Source: a virus. From it: 64,000 nt of DNA. Made by a program: the position numbers and the translations under genes. The stretch covers positions 1-64,000 of IMG/VR virus record IMGVR_UViG_3300037041_002705; one strand, written 5' to 3'. Shown in pieces: positions 25,904-36,184 of this stretch (position 1 is the stretch's first letter; every line of letters starts with the position of its first letter). The notes under the pieces are model-generated. The model worked only from the letters and a program-made list of their open reading frames with translations, was not told where the DNA came from and searched no databases.

Positions 25904-27025
25904 ATGGCAATAAACATCTTATTTGATTCTAGCTTTCTTCTCCACAGAAACCTGTTCTCTCTTGCAAACAATGCATCAGGAAGGTTCTTTGATGATCCAC
26001 AGGATGAGGCACTGTTCGTAAAGAAGCTCATGGAGGACATAAACTCCATAGTGGCAATATTTCCTAAGTCAATGATGGGAAAACTCATCTGGGCAAAGGA
26101 TTCTAGGTCCTGGCGCAAGGATTTGATTGAGAGGATATCTTACAAGGGCACAAGGGTCAAAGATGAGACAAAGGTCAACTGGGAGGAATTCCACCGGGTG
26201 TCAAATGAATTTGCAGGTGTCATATCTGAATGCGGGTTCATCGTCTCATCGGAGAGCAAGGCAGAGGCCGATGATCTTCTTTACCTCTGGTCGCAACACT
26301 TCCTTGAGACCGGTGAGTCATCAATCATAGTGACATCAGATAGGGACCTGAACCAATGCGTTAGATATGAGGGCAATGAGATGGTCTGCATCTACAATCC
26401 AATGTTCAAGGTCAGAAAGTTCACGTTCCACCAAGACCTCAATGGAGTGGATTGGACAAATAATTCATCTGGCATAGATGATCTTTTCTCCATGGGAGAG
26501 GAAACATCAGCAGAGAAAGTGATGAAGATATCATCACAATACGAACAAGAGTTTGTTGACCCAAATCAAGTCACAATAGTCAAGATCTTTGAGGGCGACA
26601 AGGGAGATAACGTTCCATCAGCGCTTCAATGGAAGAAAACAGATTCTGAAGGAAACGAAAGGACCTACTCATTTACCCCTAGAATGGTTGAGAAGCTCAT
26701 GGGAGATCTTGAGTACACAAAGAGCGTGATCGATGATCTTCGGTTTAATGAATCGTTTAGGTCAATGATCTCACGACAGGCAATTGAGATATCAAAGCAG
26801 CCGCTTGATCCTGAAGAGGTCTCACAGAGGATACTCGACAACATAGCAATCATGTATCTTGACAGGGACATAATACCCGATGAAATCCACCTATCTAACA
26901 CGGATCTTCCAAGAAGGTCACTAGACCTGACAGAGTCAAAGGTATATGAAATGAAACCTGAATGGACGTACTCTCCAAAGAGCGGTGGCGGAATAGATTC
27001 TGACATTTTCTCCATGATGTCCTGA
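25904..27025 (+). CDS. 5'-3' exonuclease / RNase H (T4 rnh, FEN-like)
   Basis: ILFD, DSRSWRK, YKGTR, EADD, SDRDLNQ, GDKGDNVP. Confidence 0.9.
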   Translation: MAINILFDSSFLLHRNLFSLANNASGRFFDDPQDEALFVKKLMEDINSIVAIFPKSMMGKLIWAKDSRSWRKDLIERISYKGTRVKDETKVNWEEFHRVSNEFAGVISECGFIVSSESKAEADDLLYLWSQHFLETGESSIIVTSDRDLNQCVRYEGNEMVCIYNPMFKVRKFTFHQDLNGVDWTNNSSGIDDLFSMGEETSAEKVMKISSQYEQEFVDPNQVTIVKIFEGDKGDNVPSALQWKKTDSEGNERTYSFTPRMVEKLMGDLEYTKSVIDDLRFNESFRSMISRQAIEISKQPLDPEEVSQRILDNIAIMYLDRDIIPDEIHLSNTDLPRRSLDLTESKVYEMKPEWTYSPKSGGGIDSDIFSMMS

Positions 27026-28731
27026 TGGATGTAAACAACAACCTCAGTGAAGTGATGAAGACCCTTTATGACAAAGGGTTCAAGTTTAGATCATTCCAAG
27101 AGGAGACGATCATAAGGATCGCAAACTCAATTGCGCAGGATCCAAATGGGGCGATCCTCATAGATGCCCCTACAGGAACAGGAAAGAGCATAATATCGAT
27201 AGTTGGATCTGTGCTTCTCAATTCAATGGGCCACAGGGGCTACATACTCACATCAGATCTTGGGCTGCAGACGCAGTATGAGGATGACATCAACCGCCTT
27301 AGTTTCAACATCCCATCGGTCAGAGGGCTTGATAACTACGACTGCCTTGTGAATTCGCAGCCGATATCTCTTGGTGAATGCAGGACAAAAGGATCTGGCA
27401 ACGACATCCCGTGCTACTCAGACTGTCCATACTTCTCAAGAAGGGATCATGCTGCTTATGCCAAAACAGCAATGCTGAACTACAGCTATTGGCTCCTGCA
27501 GCTGAACTACGTTCTAGAGAAGCAGGGAGGAATGGCAAAGTTTGACAAGAGGGATTTCTGTTTCTTTGATGAGGCCCATAAGGTTCAAGACATTGTCCAG
27601 GGTCACTTTTCTCCGAGGATATCACACAGAATATCCGACATGGTCGATGACTACCTAGAAGTGTATTCATCTGAGGTATCATCCGTTAGAAACAATTCAA
27701 GGGAAATAAGAAGAGAGGTTGATGCAATATGTGATGCAAGGGATGCAAAGCAAATGATTAAATCCATGTCGACGCTTAAGATCCTTCTTGCAGAAGCAAA
27801 GAAATCAAAGGAGTCATTCAAGCAGTACTGTGGAAAAAGATGGGAGTTTGGTCAACCTGTTCCAACTCACATATCAAAAGCGCAGAGGAACATAGACAGA
27901 ATAGGTGATGTCTACTGTAAGATTGAGGACTATCTTGAATGTCTTCAGGATGAAAAGGATCTTGTTAGGATAACGGACAAGAAGGATGAGAGGTCATTCT
28001 CGTTCAAGAATCTCAATGAATCGGGCCTCATAAAGAAGACGTTGCTTGAAAAGTCTGGCTTCAAGACGTTCATGTCTGCAACTCTTGGAAACCCAGAGAA
28101 CTATGCAAAGTTTATTGGACTTGAAAAGTACGACTACATAGAGATAGACAACCAGTTTGACCTTGAGAGCAGCCCGATATTCTTTTTCAAGGGGTATAAG
28201 CTCAACTGGGCAAACAGAGAGAAGAACTTCCCAAAGATACTTGAGATGTGCGACAAGGTAATAAACCACCATCAAGATGAGAGAGGCATTGTGCATAGCT
28301 CAAGCTTCTCACTCACACAGGATATAATAAAGTCATCAGCATCGTCCGATAGGTTCATAACATACGGATCGTCATCTGAAAAGGAGGATGCAATACAGAG
28401 GTTCAAAGATAGCACAAATGGTGTTCTCATAGGACCTTCGCTGCTCGAAGGTCTAAGCTTTGATGATGATCTTTCAAGGTTTCAGATATTCTTCAAGGTC
28501 CCTTTTCCAAATGTCTCTGATGAGTTCATGAAGAAGTTGCTTGAGACATACCCAGAAAAGTACATGGCAAAGACAGCAAACAACATGATACAGGGAACCG
28601 GAAGGAGCATAAGAAGCAAGGATGATTGGGCAATAACGTACATACTTGACACTTGCTTTGATCAGCTGTTTGATCTAAAACATCTTCCAAAATCCTTCAT
28701 AGAACGTGTAAAAGTAAGGAGGGTTGCATAA
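27025..28731 (+). CDS. DinG/XPD-family DNA helicase
   Basis: FRSFQ Q-motif, DAPTGTGKS, Cys cluster (putative Fe-S), DEAH, MSAT, EGLSF, QGTGRSIR. Confidence 0.9.
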   Translation: MDVNNNLSEVMKTLYDKGFKFRSFQEETIIRIANSIAQDPNGAILIDAPTGTGKSIISIVGSVLLNSMGHRGYILTSDLGLQTQYEDDINRLSFNIPSVRGLDNYDCLVNSQPISLGECRTKGSGNDIPCYSDCPYFSRRDHAAYAKTAMLNYSYWLLQLNYVLEKQGGMAKFDKRDFCFFDEAHKVQDIVQGHFSPRISHRISDMVDDYLEVYSSEVSSVRNNSREIRREVDAICDARDAKQMIKSMSTLKILLAEAKKSKESFKQYCGKRWEFGQPVPTHISKAQRNIDRIGDVYCKIEDYLECLQDEKDLVRITDKKDERSFSFKNLNESGLIKKTLLEKSGFKTFMSATLGNPENYAKFIGLEKYDYIEIDNQFDLESSPIFFFKGYKLNWANREKNFPKILEMCDKVINHHQDERGIVHSSSFSLTQDIIKSSASSDRFITYGSSSEKEDAIQRFKDSTNGVLIGPSLLEGLSFDDDLSRFQIFFKVPFPNVSDEFMKKLLETYPEKYMAKTANNMIQGTGRSIRSKDDWAITYILDTCFDQLFDLKHLPKSFIERVKVRRVA

Positions 28732-29150
28732 TGGATTTATTTGATCTAATCAAACAGATTTTTGATAGAGGCTCAAAGTGGGACGCAATAAAGACATATG
28801 ATAAGAGCAAAAACTTCTTCATGATAAACAGGTTCATGTCGATAAACTTTCCCATGCAGGCTAACCTGTTTAACAACAGACATATAGTTTCATCATCTGC
28901 GGTTGATTCATGGAGGGATGTACTCAACCGACTGTTTACGAAGCCTCCATCTTGGATGTACACAAAGACCAAGAAGAAGGAATCACAGGGGTCAAAGAAA
29001 TACCCAGAGAAGGCAACTGTACAAGAATGGATGAAGCTGAACGGCCTATCAAAGAAGGACTTTGAATCCATGATTGAACTCATGGGAGACGATGTGATAA
29101 AAGAGATTTTAAGCTTTGAAAAAATGTTAAAGGAGAAGAACAATGGATGA
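28731..29150 (+). CDS. putative clamp loader small subunit (gp62-like)
   Basis: MDLFDLIKQI, FMINRFMS, ANLFN, WMYTKTKKK resemble T4-type gp62; size fits. Confidence 0.5.
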   Translation: MDLFDLIKQIFDRGSKWDAIKTYDKSKNFFMINRFMSINFPMQANLFNNRHIVSSSAVDSWRDVLNRLFTKPPSWMYTKTKKKESQGSKKYPEKATVQEWMKLNGLSKKDFESMIELMGDDVIKEILSFEKMLKEKNNG

Positions 29151-29523
29151 AATGAAAAACGTGCCGTATGCAAAGTTGCAAAGTATGCATGATGAAATGG
29201 TAGAAAGCACATACGGAAACAGGGGTAAGTTTTTGAACTCCATGTCCCAAAATGCACTTGATGCATTGCAGCTTGTCATAAAGAAGACCCAGGATTATGC
29301 AACAATAGATGATCCTTACAGAAACTTTAGGATGTCTGAATCAGTAGGTGTTTCCTTAGAAAAGGGGATCCTGGTAAGAATGTGTGATAAACTTTCTAGG
29401 CTTGGCAACCTTGTTGAAAACGGTGATCCAAGCGTAAAAAGCGAGTCAATTGAGGACACTTTGATCGATGTAATGAACTACGCAAACATAATGTTGTGCT
29501 ATCTCCAACAAAAGAATAAGTAA
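29143..29523 (+). CDS. DUF1599 / nucleotide-modification-associated domain protein
   Basis: KKTQDYA, NF, ILVRMCDKLSRL, ESIEDTLIDVMNYA. Confidence 0.8.
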   Translation: MDEMKNVPYAKLQSMHDEMVESTYGNRGKFLNSMSQNALDALQLVIKKTQDYATIDDPYRNFRMSESVGVSLEKGILVRMCDKLSRLGNLVENGDPSVKSESIEDTLIDVMNYANIMLCYLQQKNK

Positions 29524-29557
29524 CTAGTTTATACATACATTTTGCAGAAAAATACAC

Positions 29558-32500
29558 ATGCCAATGAAAATCCTACTACAATTGTTGATGCTCCTGGTTC
29601 TTGCAACCAATGCATTTTCACAGACCGAACGCCGTGGTACAATGGTGCTCACAGAGGGCCGCAAGTACATTGTTGCGTTCCCGCAAGTTCAGGCCAGTGC
29701 AACAGAGAAGCCGATGCCACAGCCAATGCAGCTGCTCATCTCTTCGAAGACAAAGACAACAGTGCGCGTCCAGACACCTGCAGGTATCAATGATGCTCCA
29801 CGTATGGACAAGGAATACACCGTAGAGGCCAACAAGGTCCTCAAGATTTCGGTGTCAACGACATACATGAATACCGAATCGGAAACCCGTAAGGGCTACG
29901 GCATCATGGTGACGTCGAAGAAGCCAATTTCGGTCTCGACATATCAGGCATGGATGGGTAACGGTGAAATGGCTCGTCACCTTCCAGTTGAGGGATGGGG
30001 CAAGAACTACTACTCAATGAACTTCTATCAGGATCGCTACGGTAATAGCTCTGGCTACAAGTACCGTCCAGCACAGATCCTTCTGATCGCTGATAAGGAC
30101 AACACTGTTGTTTCATACACACCAACAGTTGATACTGAGGGTGGCGTCGAAACACCGAGCGTTCGCAAGGGTGCAACGCAGACGATCACGCTTGAGAAGG
30201 GTGAAACATTCCTGATCAAGGCGAAGATCAACGAAGACCAAAACAAGGAATGGTCAACTGACCTTTCGAGCACACTCATCCGCGCGAACAAGCCGGTAGG
30301 TGTCGTCTCTGGTCACGTGAAGGTGGCCATCATGCGCTACCCAGACGTGCTTCCTCCAACAGGTATGTTCGCTGCGGAAGCTCACTTCGTTCGTAGCAAC
30401 GTTCACGACGCTATGCTTCCGCTTGAAATGGCTGGAAAGAAGTTCGTGACAACTCCATGTATGTACACACCAACACGCGTTGTTGGTCAGGCATCTGTTG
30501 AGTTCGGTATCGATGACGATCGCGGCGACGTGATCCGCGTGATTGCTCTCGAAGATGGTACAACAGTCAAGGCTATGCGTCAAGACGGTAGCGGACTGCT
30601 GAACAAGTGGATGCTCAAGAAGGGTGAAACACGTCTCGAGACTGCACTTGAAGTTGCAACGTACTGGGAATCAGACAAGCCGATCCTCATGGGCCAGTAT
30701 GGCAAGTCATATGCTAAGATCCTTCCTCCGGCCTTCCTCCGCGATCGCTCAAAGGGAAGCAAGGATGGCGACGAAGCACAAGGACACCCAACTGTTGAGT
30801 CGGGCATGCCAATGTTGCAGTACATCCCATCTGTTGATCGTTGGGCAGATTACGGTGTGTTCCACGCTCCAGAAGGCATGGACAACTTCTTAAACATAGT
30901 CTTCAAGTCATCTGAAATCGGCAAGATCAAGGTTGACGGTCGTGCGCTCACATCTGCGTTCGGTGGTGCAATGCGCCTCCTGAAGGGTACAGAGTATGCG
31001 TTCATCCGTACGCCAATCGGCGCTGGCGACCACTTCATCGAAACAACAGATCCAAACGTCCGCTGGGCTGCTTGGAACTACGGTTCGCTTGATGGTCTTC
31101 AGCAAGGTCGTGCATACGGCACACCTATCTCGATTGACATGACGGTCCCATGTGATGACTCTCTTGCTGTCACAGAAGAACTCGTTTGCGGTGATGTCAA
31201 GGGTGAAGGCAAGATCCTTCCAGAAAACACTTCATGTGGTTCAATCTTCGCGGTCTATCCAGAAGAAATGAACAACTACGAACTCATCGTTGATGAAGAG
31301 TTCACAAGCGGCGACAAGAAGGTTACGTTTGAAGTCAAGGTGCTCGACAAGACAAAGGATGCGACAGCTACAATCAAGATTGTATCGCGCTCTGGCAAGT
31401 TCGTCGAGAAGACATACACGTATATCGCTGACAAGATCAGCTGGACTCCATCGAAGCTTGAATTTGGTACGATTCCATTCAACACGCCAACGTCGATGAC
31501 GTTCACAATCAAGAACGAAAAGACTGACCGTCCAGTAAACATCCGCAAGATCCGCGTGATGGGTGGTGATCAGATCTTCTTGACAAATCCTACTGGCCCG
31601 ATCACACTTGGTCCATCGGAATCACGTGAAGTAACAGTTACAGCACAGATCAAGACAGCTCCACTTGTTGTTGACACAGTGATCTGTGAACTTGATTGCT
31701 ATGACCAGAAGACAGTTGAACTCCGTGTTCGTGGTGAAGAGCCTAAGATCTACGTCAGCGATGTTGATTGGGGTACTATTCCAGCAAGCACAGCTGGCAT
31801 CGAGCGCGTTGTGAAGATTCTTAATGGTAGTAAAGTAGAACTTATTATTACAGGTTATCAACAAAATCTGCTTGATGGTACAGGTAAATTCTTCAATCCG
31901 ACAACAATGGACGGAAAGTCCCTTAATTCAGTATTCCCACTTGCAATTCCTGCAAATGGCTCGTACGACTTCAAGGTGACATACAGCCCTAAGGGTGAAG
32001 TAGCTGTTCCACACCGCGTGGATGTGCCATTCTACTCGAATGCAACTGGCGTTGACAACATCGCTGTTCTGACTGGTTCAGGTAACGATGTAAACGTTCA
32101 AGCGTACTCAACACCATGGATTGAGCGCGTCATCGACAAGGTTCAGACATCGCAGAATATCAACGAGTACACACAACGTATCTCGTTTGAAAACCTCGGT
32201 GATCAGCCTGTCACATATGAAGCACCGGTCATCCGCGGTACAGACGCATCGAACTTCCGCCTGGTTGACAACGGTAACGTAGGTACGTTCCCAGTTCAAC
32301 TTGTCAAGGGTTCTACAAATCAAACGCGTTATGTCACGGTCGCATTCGTTCCAACGGAACTCGCAAACCGTGCTGCAGAGCGCAAGTACAATGCAGAAAT
32401 CGTCTTCACGACAACAGGTGCTGATGGCGCAAAGAAGGATGTTGTTGCTGCTCTTGACGGAACAGCATGGCAGCCACAAGTCAAGGGCAATGATCTTGAC

Positions 32501-34045
32501 TTCCCAGGCACACTAAATGTTGGAGATGAGGCAAAGGTTCTTTCGATCCCAGTATCGAATGAGCACTTCTTGGGTCAGTCAAACCCGACAGACGGTACCC
32601 CAGCTGGTACATACAACGTTGTGATCACAGACATCAAGATCACAGACGCTGCAACTCGCTTTGAACTCCTGAATGCACCAACACCAGCTAACCCTTTGGT
32701 TATCAAGCCAGGTGAGGCTCCGGTTGAACTCCAAGTACGCTTCGACCCATCGGTCTCAGGTACATTCGAGTCGCCATATGTGATCAGCACGAACGTTGGT
32801 ACAAAGGGTCAGGCGACATACGAGCCTACCTATAAAATCACAGCACGTGTTCAAGGTGGTGAGTTCACGGTAACAGATGCAGATGCAGAGCAGTATGTCT
32901 TCAACACGAAGGACATGGCTATCCGCATCAAGCACACTGAGAACCAGACGATTCGCTACAACATTGCTCAGCCAACAGGCCCTGATGCTTCACGCTTCGT
33001 CATCGTTGACCAATTCGTCGACGTTGCTCCAGGCCAAGAAGTTGCAGTTCCTGTGATCTTCATGCCTGACTTCGTTACAAAGCTCCGTAATGGTCAATCA
33101 GACCTCAAGGACGCAAACAACGAGTGGACAAAGAAGGCGAAGACACAAGGCATCATGTGGCGTGGCAATAGCTTCGCAGCTGAAGTCGTTATCTCTGACG
33201 ACCGTAATGCAGCGAAGACAAAGACAGCAACGCTTACAGGTAACGGTCTCTTCCTTGAGACAACGAACCTGATCAAGGATACATACACGGTTGCACCTGG
33301 TGCATCAGTTGACATCCCGGTTGAACTCAATGCAACACCTGAATCTGTTGATGCAGTTGGCATGACAGAACTCCGTGTGCGTCTGAGCTGGGATCCGAAG
33401 CTTGTCAAGCCACGTGTTAATGCCGCTGACTTCATCACAGCTGGCCTCCAAGCTGAAGGCTGGACTATTCGCGCAACACCAATCAATGGCAAGCCTTCAG
33501 ATGCATCGAACTCAGTTGAGATCGATCTCTGGGACGAGCGCGCAAATCCAGTTGCTATCAAGAACAACGGTACACCGGTATTCAGTGTGAAGTTCGATGC
33601 ATTCTTTGATAAGGGCGTGTCGGGCACATTCACATCACCGCTGAACATCTACACGTACACTGTTGACCACGACAAGTCTGGTGATCGTAAGGATTACACG
33701 CTCTTCCGCGATATTCCTGGCAAGATCACAATCACAATGCCATGCGCATCGATAACACGCCTTGTTGCTGTTGGTAACTTCAAGTATGCGGTCAAGCCAA
33801 TGAGCCCTAACCCAGTTTCGAACTCAGGTATCATCAGCTACTCAGTGGGTCTTACAGCGAACACACGTATCGTTCTCTTCAACAGCATGGGTCAAGAAGT
33901 TCAGACACTCATCAACGATAAGCTTGAAGCTGGTAGCTATGAGATGACAGTTGACTTCTCGAATCTCCCAACTGGTACATACTTCTATCGCGTCATCTCT
34001 GGTCCGTTCTCGAGCGAACCACAAACAGTGACAGTAGTGAAGTAA
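29558..34045 (+). CDS. large secreted multi-Ig protein with IgGFc-binding-type N-terminus and T9SS sorting domain
   Basis: Signal peptide; TEGRKYIVAFP, LPVEGWGKNYY, ANKPVGVVSGH (IgGFc-binding-like); repeated LEFG/VDWG/LDFP...N Ig domains; cohesin-like domain; C-terminal SPNPVS...GQEV...LPTGTYFYRV...VVK. Confidence 0.88.
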   Translation: MPMKILLQLLMLLVLATNAFSQTERRGTMVLTEGRKYIVAFPQVQASATEKPMPQPMQLLISSKTKTTVRVQTPAGINDAPRMDKEYTVEANKVLKISVSTTYMNTESETRKGYGIMVTSKKPISVSTYQAWMGNGEMARHLPVEGWGKNYYSMNFYQDRYGNSSGYKYRPAQILLIADKDNTVVSYTPTVDTEGGVETPSVRKGATQTITLEKGETFLIKAKINEDQNKEWSTDLSSTLIRANKPVGVVSGHVKVAIMRYPDVLPPTGMFAAEAHFVRSNVHDAMLPLEMAGKKFVTTPCMYTPTRVVGQASVEFGIDDDRGDVIRVIALEDGTTVKAMRQDGSGLLNKWMLKKGETRLETALEVATYWESDKPILMGQYGKSYAKILPPAFLRDRSKGSKDGDEAQGHPTVESGMPMLQYIPSVDRWADYGVFHAPEGMDNFLNIVFKSSEIGKIKVDGRALTSAFGGAMRLLKGTEYAFIRTPIGAGDHFIETTDPNVRWAAWNYGSLDGLQQGRAYGTPISIDMTVPCDDSLAVTEELVCGDVKGEGKILPENTSCGSIFAVYPEEMNNYELIVDEEFTSGDKKVTFEVKVLDKTKDATATIKIVSRSGKFVEKTYTYIADKISWTPSKLEFGTIPFNTPTSMTFTIKNEKTDRPVNIRKIRVMGGDQIFLTNPTGPITLGPSESREVTVTAQIKTAPLVVDTVICELDCYDQKTVELRVRGEEPKIYVSDVDWGTIPASTAGIERVVKILNGSKVELIITGYQQNLLDGTGKFFNPTTMDGKSLNSVFPLAIPANGSYDFKVTYSPKGEVAVPHRVDVPFYSNATGVDNIAVLTGSGNDVNVQAYSTPWIERVIDKVQTSQNINEYTQRISFENLGDQPVTYEAPVIRGTDASNFRLVDNGNVGTFPVQLVKGSTNQTRYVTVAFVPTELANRAAERKYNAEIVFTTTGADGAKKDVVAALDGTAWQPQVKGNDLDFPGTLNVGDEAKVLSIPVSNEHFLGQSNPTDGTPAGTYNVVITDIKITDAATRFELLNAPTPANPLVIKPGEAPVELQVRFDPSVSGTFESPYVISTNVGTKGQATYEPTYKITARVQGGEFTVTDADAEQYVFNTKDMAIRIKHTENQTIRYNIAQPTGPDASRFVIVDQFVDVAPGQEVAVPVIFMPDFVTKLRNGQSDLKDANNEWTKKAKTQGIMWRGNSFAAEVVISDDRNAAKTKTATLTGNGLFLETTNLIKDTYTVAPGASVDIPVELNATPESVDAVGMTELRVRLSWDPKLVKPRVNAADFITAGLQAEGWTIRATPINGKPSDASNSVEIDLWDERANPVAIKNNGTPVFSVKFDAFFDKGVSGTFTSPLNIYTYTVDHDKSGDRKDYTLFRDIPGKITITMPCASITRLVAVGNFKYAVKPMSPNPVSNSGIISYSVGLTANTRIVLFNSMGQEVQTLINDKLEAGSYEMTVDFSNLPTGTYFYRVISGPFSSEPQTVTVVK

Positions 34046-34067
34046 TCGAGCAGTAGCACGTAACCTC

Positions 34068-34104
34068 AACAGCCTCCTTCCGGAACTCCGGGAGGAGGCT
34101 GTTT
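34068..34104 (+). terminator. strong hairpin terminator
   Basis: AACAGCCTCCTTCCGG-AACT-CCGGGAGGAGGCTGTT. Confidence 0.75.
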
Positions 34105-34169
34105 CATTATAAACACAGCTTTTCCTCTTAAGGTAGAGATAAATACCACCAGTAAAAAAACCCAACCAT

Positions 34170-34478
34170 ATGATGAAATATCTAAAGCTATCCTGGGCAG
34201 GCATAAAATGGTTTGTTACAGAGATAATGAACATGTATAGCAGCAAACCATCGTTCTTTTCAAAGAAGAGGATCGAATCTGGAATTGCATTTTTTGTTGC
34301 ACAATGGGGAATGATACACTGGTTGACATCAAAGTTTGATGTTATGACAACATCAGATTTTGCGATGTGGGCAGGCATTGAACTTGCAGCAGCAGGATAC
34401 ATGGTAACGCAGATACAGAAAGAAAAGAAAGCAGAAGAATCTGATGTTTATACTGAGGAAAACGAAATAGATCAATAG
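34170..34478 (+). CDS. putative holin
   Basis: 102 aa with two hydrophobic segments, SKKR motif and charged C-tail, directly before the endolysin. Confidence 0.6.
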   Translation: MMKYLKLSWAGIKWFVTEIMNMYSSKPSFFSKKRIESGIAFFVAQWGMIHWLTSKFDVMTTSDFAMWAGIELAAAGYMVTQIQKEKKAEESDVYTEENEIDQ

Positions 34479-34508
34479 GTCTGCCCCGAGTAAAAATAAT
34501 TTCAAGCA

Positions 34509-35348
34509 ATGACACTAAAAATAGGATCAGAAGGAGAAGACGTAAAGAAGCTACAAACTGTTCTTGGATTAAAAGCCGATGGAAAGTTTGGTCCTGGAAC
34601 ACAAGCAGCTCTTAAATCTTGGCAAGAAAAGAATGGCCTTGATGCAGATGGTATAGCAGGCCAAAAGACGTTAGAAAAAATGGGAGTATCTCCAACTAGT
34701 TCTGTGCCTACACCAGCACCAGTGGTCCAAGAATCCAATGGAGGGCAAGGGCTAAACATTTCGGCGCTTAAAGGCCACATACCTGATGCAGTTCTTGCAC
34801 AGATACCTGACACTGCAGCAAAGTTTAACATCACAACAAATCTTAGGCTTGCTCATTTCCTTGCACAGTGTGGTCATGAATCAGCTGGATTTAAGGCAGT
34901 ATCTGAAAATCTTAATTACTCTGCAGATGGTCTAAAGAAGATATTTCCAAAGTATTTTCCTGGAAGCCTCAATGAATCATACGCTAAGAAGCCAGAGAAG
35001 ATTGGCGCAAGGGTGTATGGTGGAAGAATGGGAAATGGAGATGAGACGACAGGAGAGGGCTATAAGTTTAGAGGCCGTGGCTATATTCAATTGACAGGTA
35101 AATCAAATTATACAAAGTTTGGACAGTTTATTGGAGCAGATCTATTATCAAATCCAGACCTGGTTGCAACAAAGTATCCTCTTGCATCTGCGGCATTCTT
35201 CTTTGATTCAAATGGCCTTTGGACAATATGTGACAGGGGAGCAACAGATGATGTTGTCACGTCGGTAACAAAGAGGGTAAATGGTGGAACAATAGGGCTT
35301 CCTGATAGAATAAAGCATTTCAAAGAATACTACAATTTATTGACATAA
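34509..35348 (+). CDS. endolysin, PG-binding domain + GH19
   Basis: LKIGSEGEDVKKLQ...DGKFGPGT...DGIAG; FLAQCGHES, ENLNYS, GRGYIQLTGKSNY, TKRVNGG. Confidence 0.95.
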   Translation: MTLKIGSEGEDVKKLQTVLGLKADGKFGPGTQAALKSWQEKNGLDADGIAGQKTLEKMGVSPTSSVPTPAPVVQESNGGQGLNISALKGHIPDAVLAQIPDTAAKFNITTNLRLAHFLAQCGHESAGFKAVSENLNYSADGLKKIFPKYFPGSLNESYAKKPEKIGARVYGGRMGNGDETTGEGYKFRGRGYIQLTGKSNYTKFGQFIGADLLSNPDLVATKYPLASAAFFFDSNGLWTICDRGATDDVVTSVTKRVNGGTIGLPDRIKHFKEYYNLLT

Positions 35349-35427
35349 TCTAGCACTTTCTGTAACTTTTTGATGCAAAAAGGCTTCTTATTAAGAACGA
35401 ACACATTCCAAAAAATAGGAGATCTTA

Positions 35428-36114
35428 ATGAAAAATGTAATTCTGTCCATCGCATTCTTGCTTGGAATTTTGATGGTTCCTTCGTGCTCTGACATCACAA
35501 CAAAGCCAGAAGAGCCAAATGCAATGTACTTCCAAGTGAACGGCGATGGATCATATGCTGAGCCCGAGGCAGTTGGAGAACGCCCAAATAGGGATTCAGT
35601 AAAGAAGGACACAACAGATAGAAAGAGGGATACCACAACAGGCCGCAAGGATACTGTTAAAAAGGCACCCCCAACTATATTCGGTGACCTACTTAACAAG
35701 CTAAACCTTGGTCCAGATCAGAATGCAATCGTTGAAAGGCTGCTTGCTCAACACAAGGCATGCGTAGAAGAATGCGTAAAGCCACTGAAGGCAGCAGAGG
35801 CAGAGATACTCGCAAAGGCCCGAAAACAAGAGGCAGAGATCAAAAAGGCAGTTGAAGCAGGCACAATAACAAAGGCCCAGGCCCGCGTAAAGCTTGCTGC
35901 CCTAAAGGCAAACGTCAATAAGGCACTAAAGTCACTTCCAGTTCGTCGGTCAGTACAAGAATGCATAAAGGCATGTGATGCGACTTTTATAAATGGACTT
36001 GAGCGAATTCTCAGTGCCGACCAAAAGATCATACTAAAGAGCTGGTTGGATTCAAGGGCAAAGCGTGGCACTTCTGGAAAGAAGGATACGACTGATGTTA
36101 AGCCAAGAGGTTAA
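35428..36114 (+). CDS. lipoprotein, helical
   Basis: Signal MKNVILSIAFLLGILMVPS-C lipobox; KDTT repeats; LNLGPDQ...ILSADQK resembles Spy/CpxP LTxxQ motifs. Confidence 0.75.
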   Translation: MKNVILSIAFLLGILMVPSCSDITTKPEEPNAMYFQVNGDGSYAEPEAVGERPNRDSVKKDTTDRKRDTTTGRKDTVKKAPPTIFGDLLNKLNLGPDQNAIVERLLAQHKACVEECVKPLKAAEAEILAKARKQEAEIKKAVEAGTITKAQARVKLAALKANVNKALKSLPVRRSVQECIKACDATFINGLERILSADQKIILKSWLDSRAKRGTSGKKDTTDVKPRG

Positions 36115-36184
36115 TAATTTTGTTTAACTGAGAGTATATAAGCTGTTACTAATAATGGTAATAAAATAAAGAAAGGAACATTTC

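Noticed and set aside
29143-29523. Evidence for a hypermodified-base pathway from DUF1599
   Set aside because: No accompanying modifying enzymes in the window; thyX, dut and dCMP deaminase indicate ordinary dTTP supply
30515-30535. RGD integrin motif in the large secreted protein
   Set aside because: A single tripeptide in 1495 aa is expected by chance
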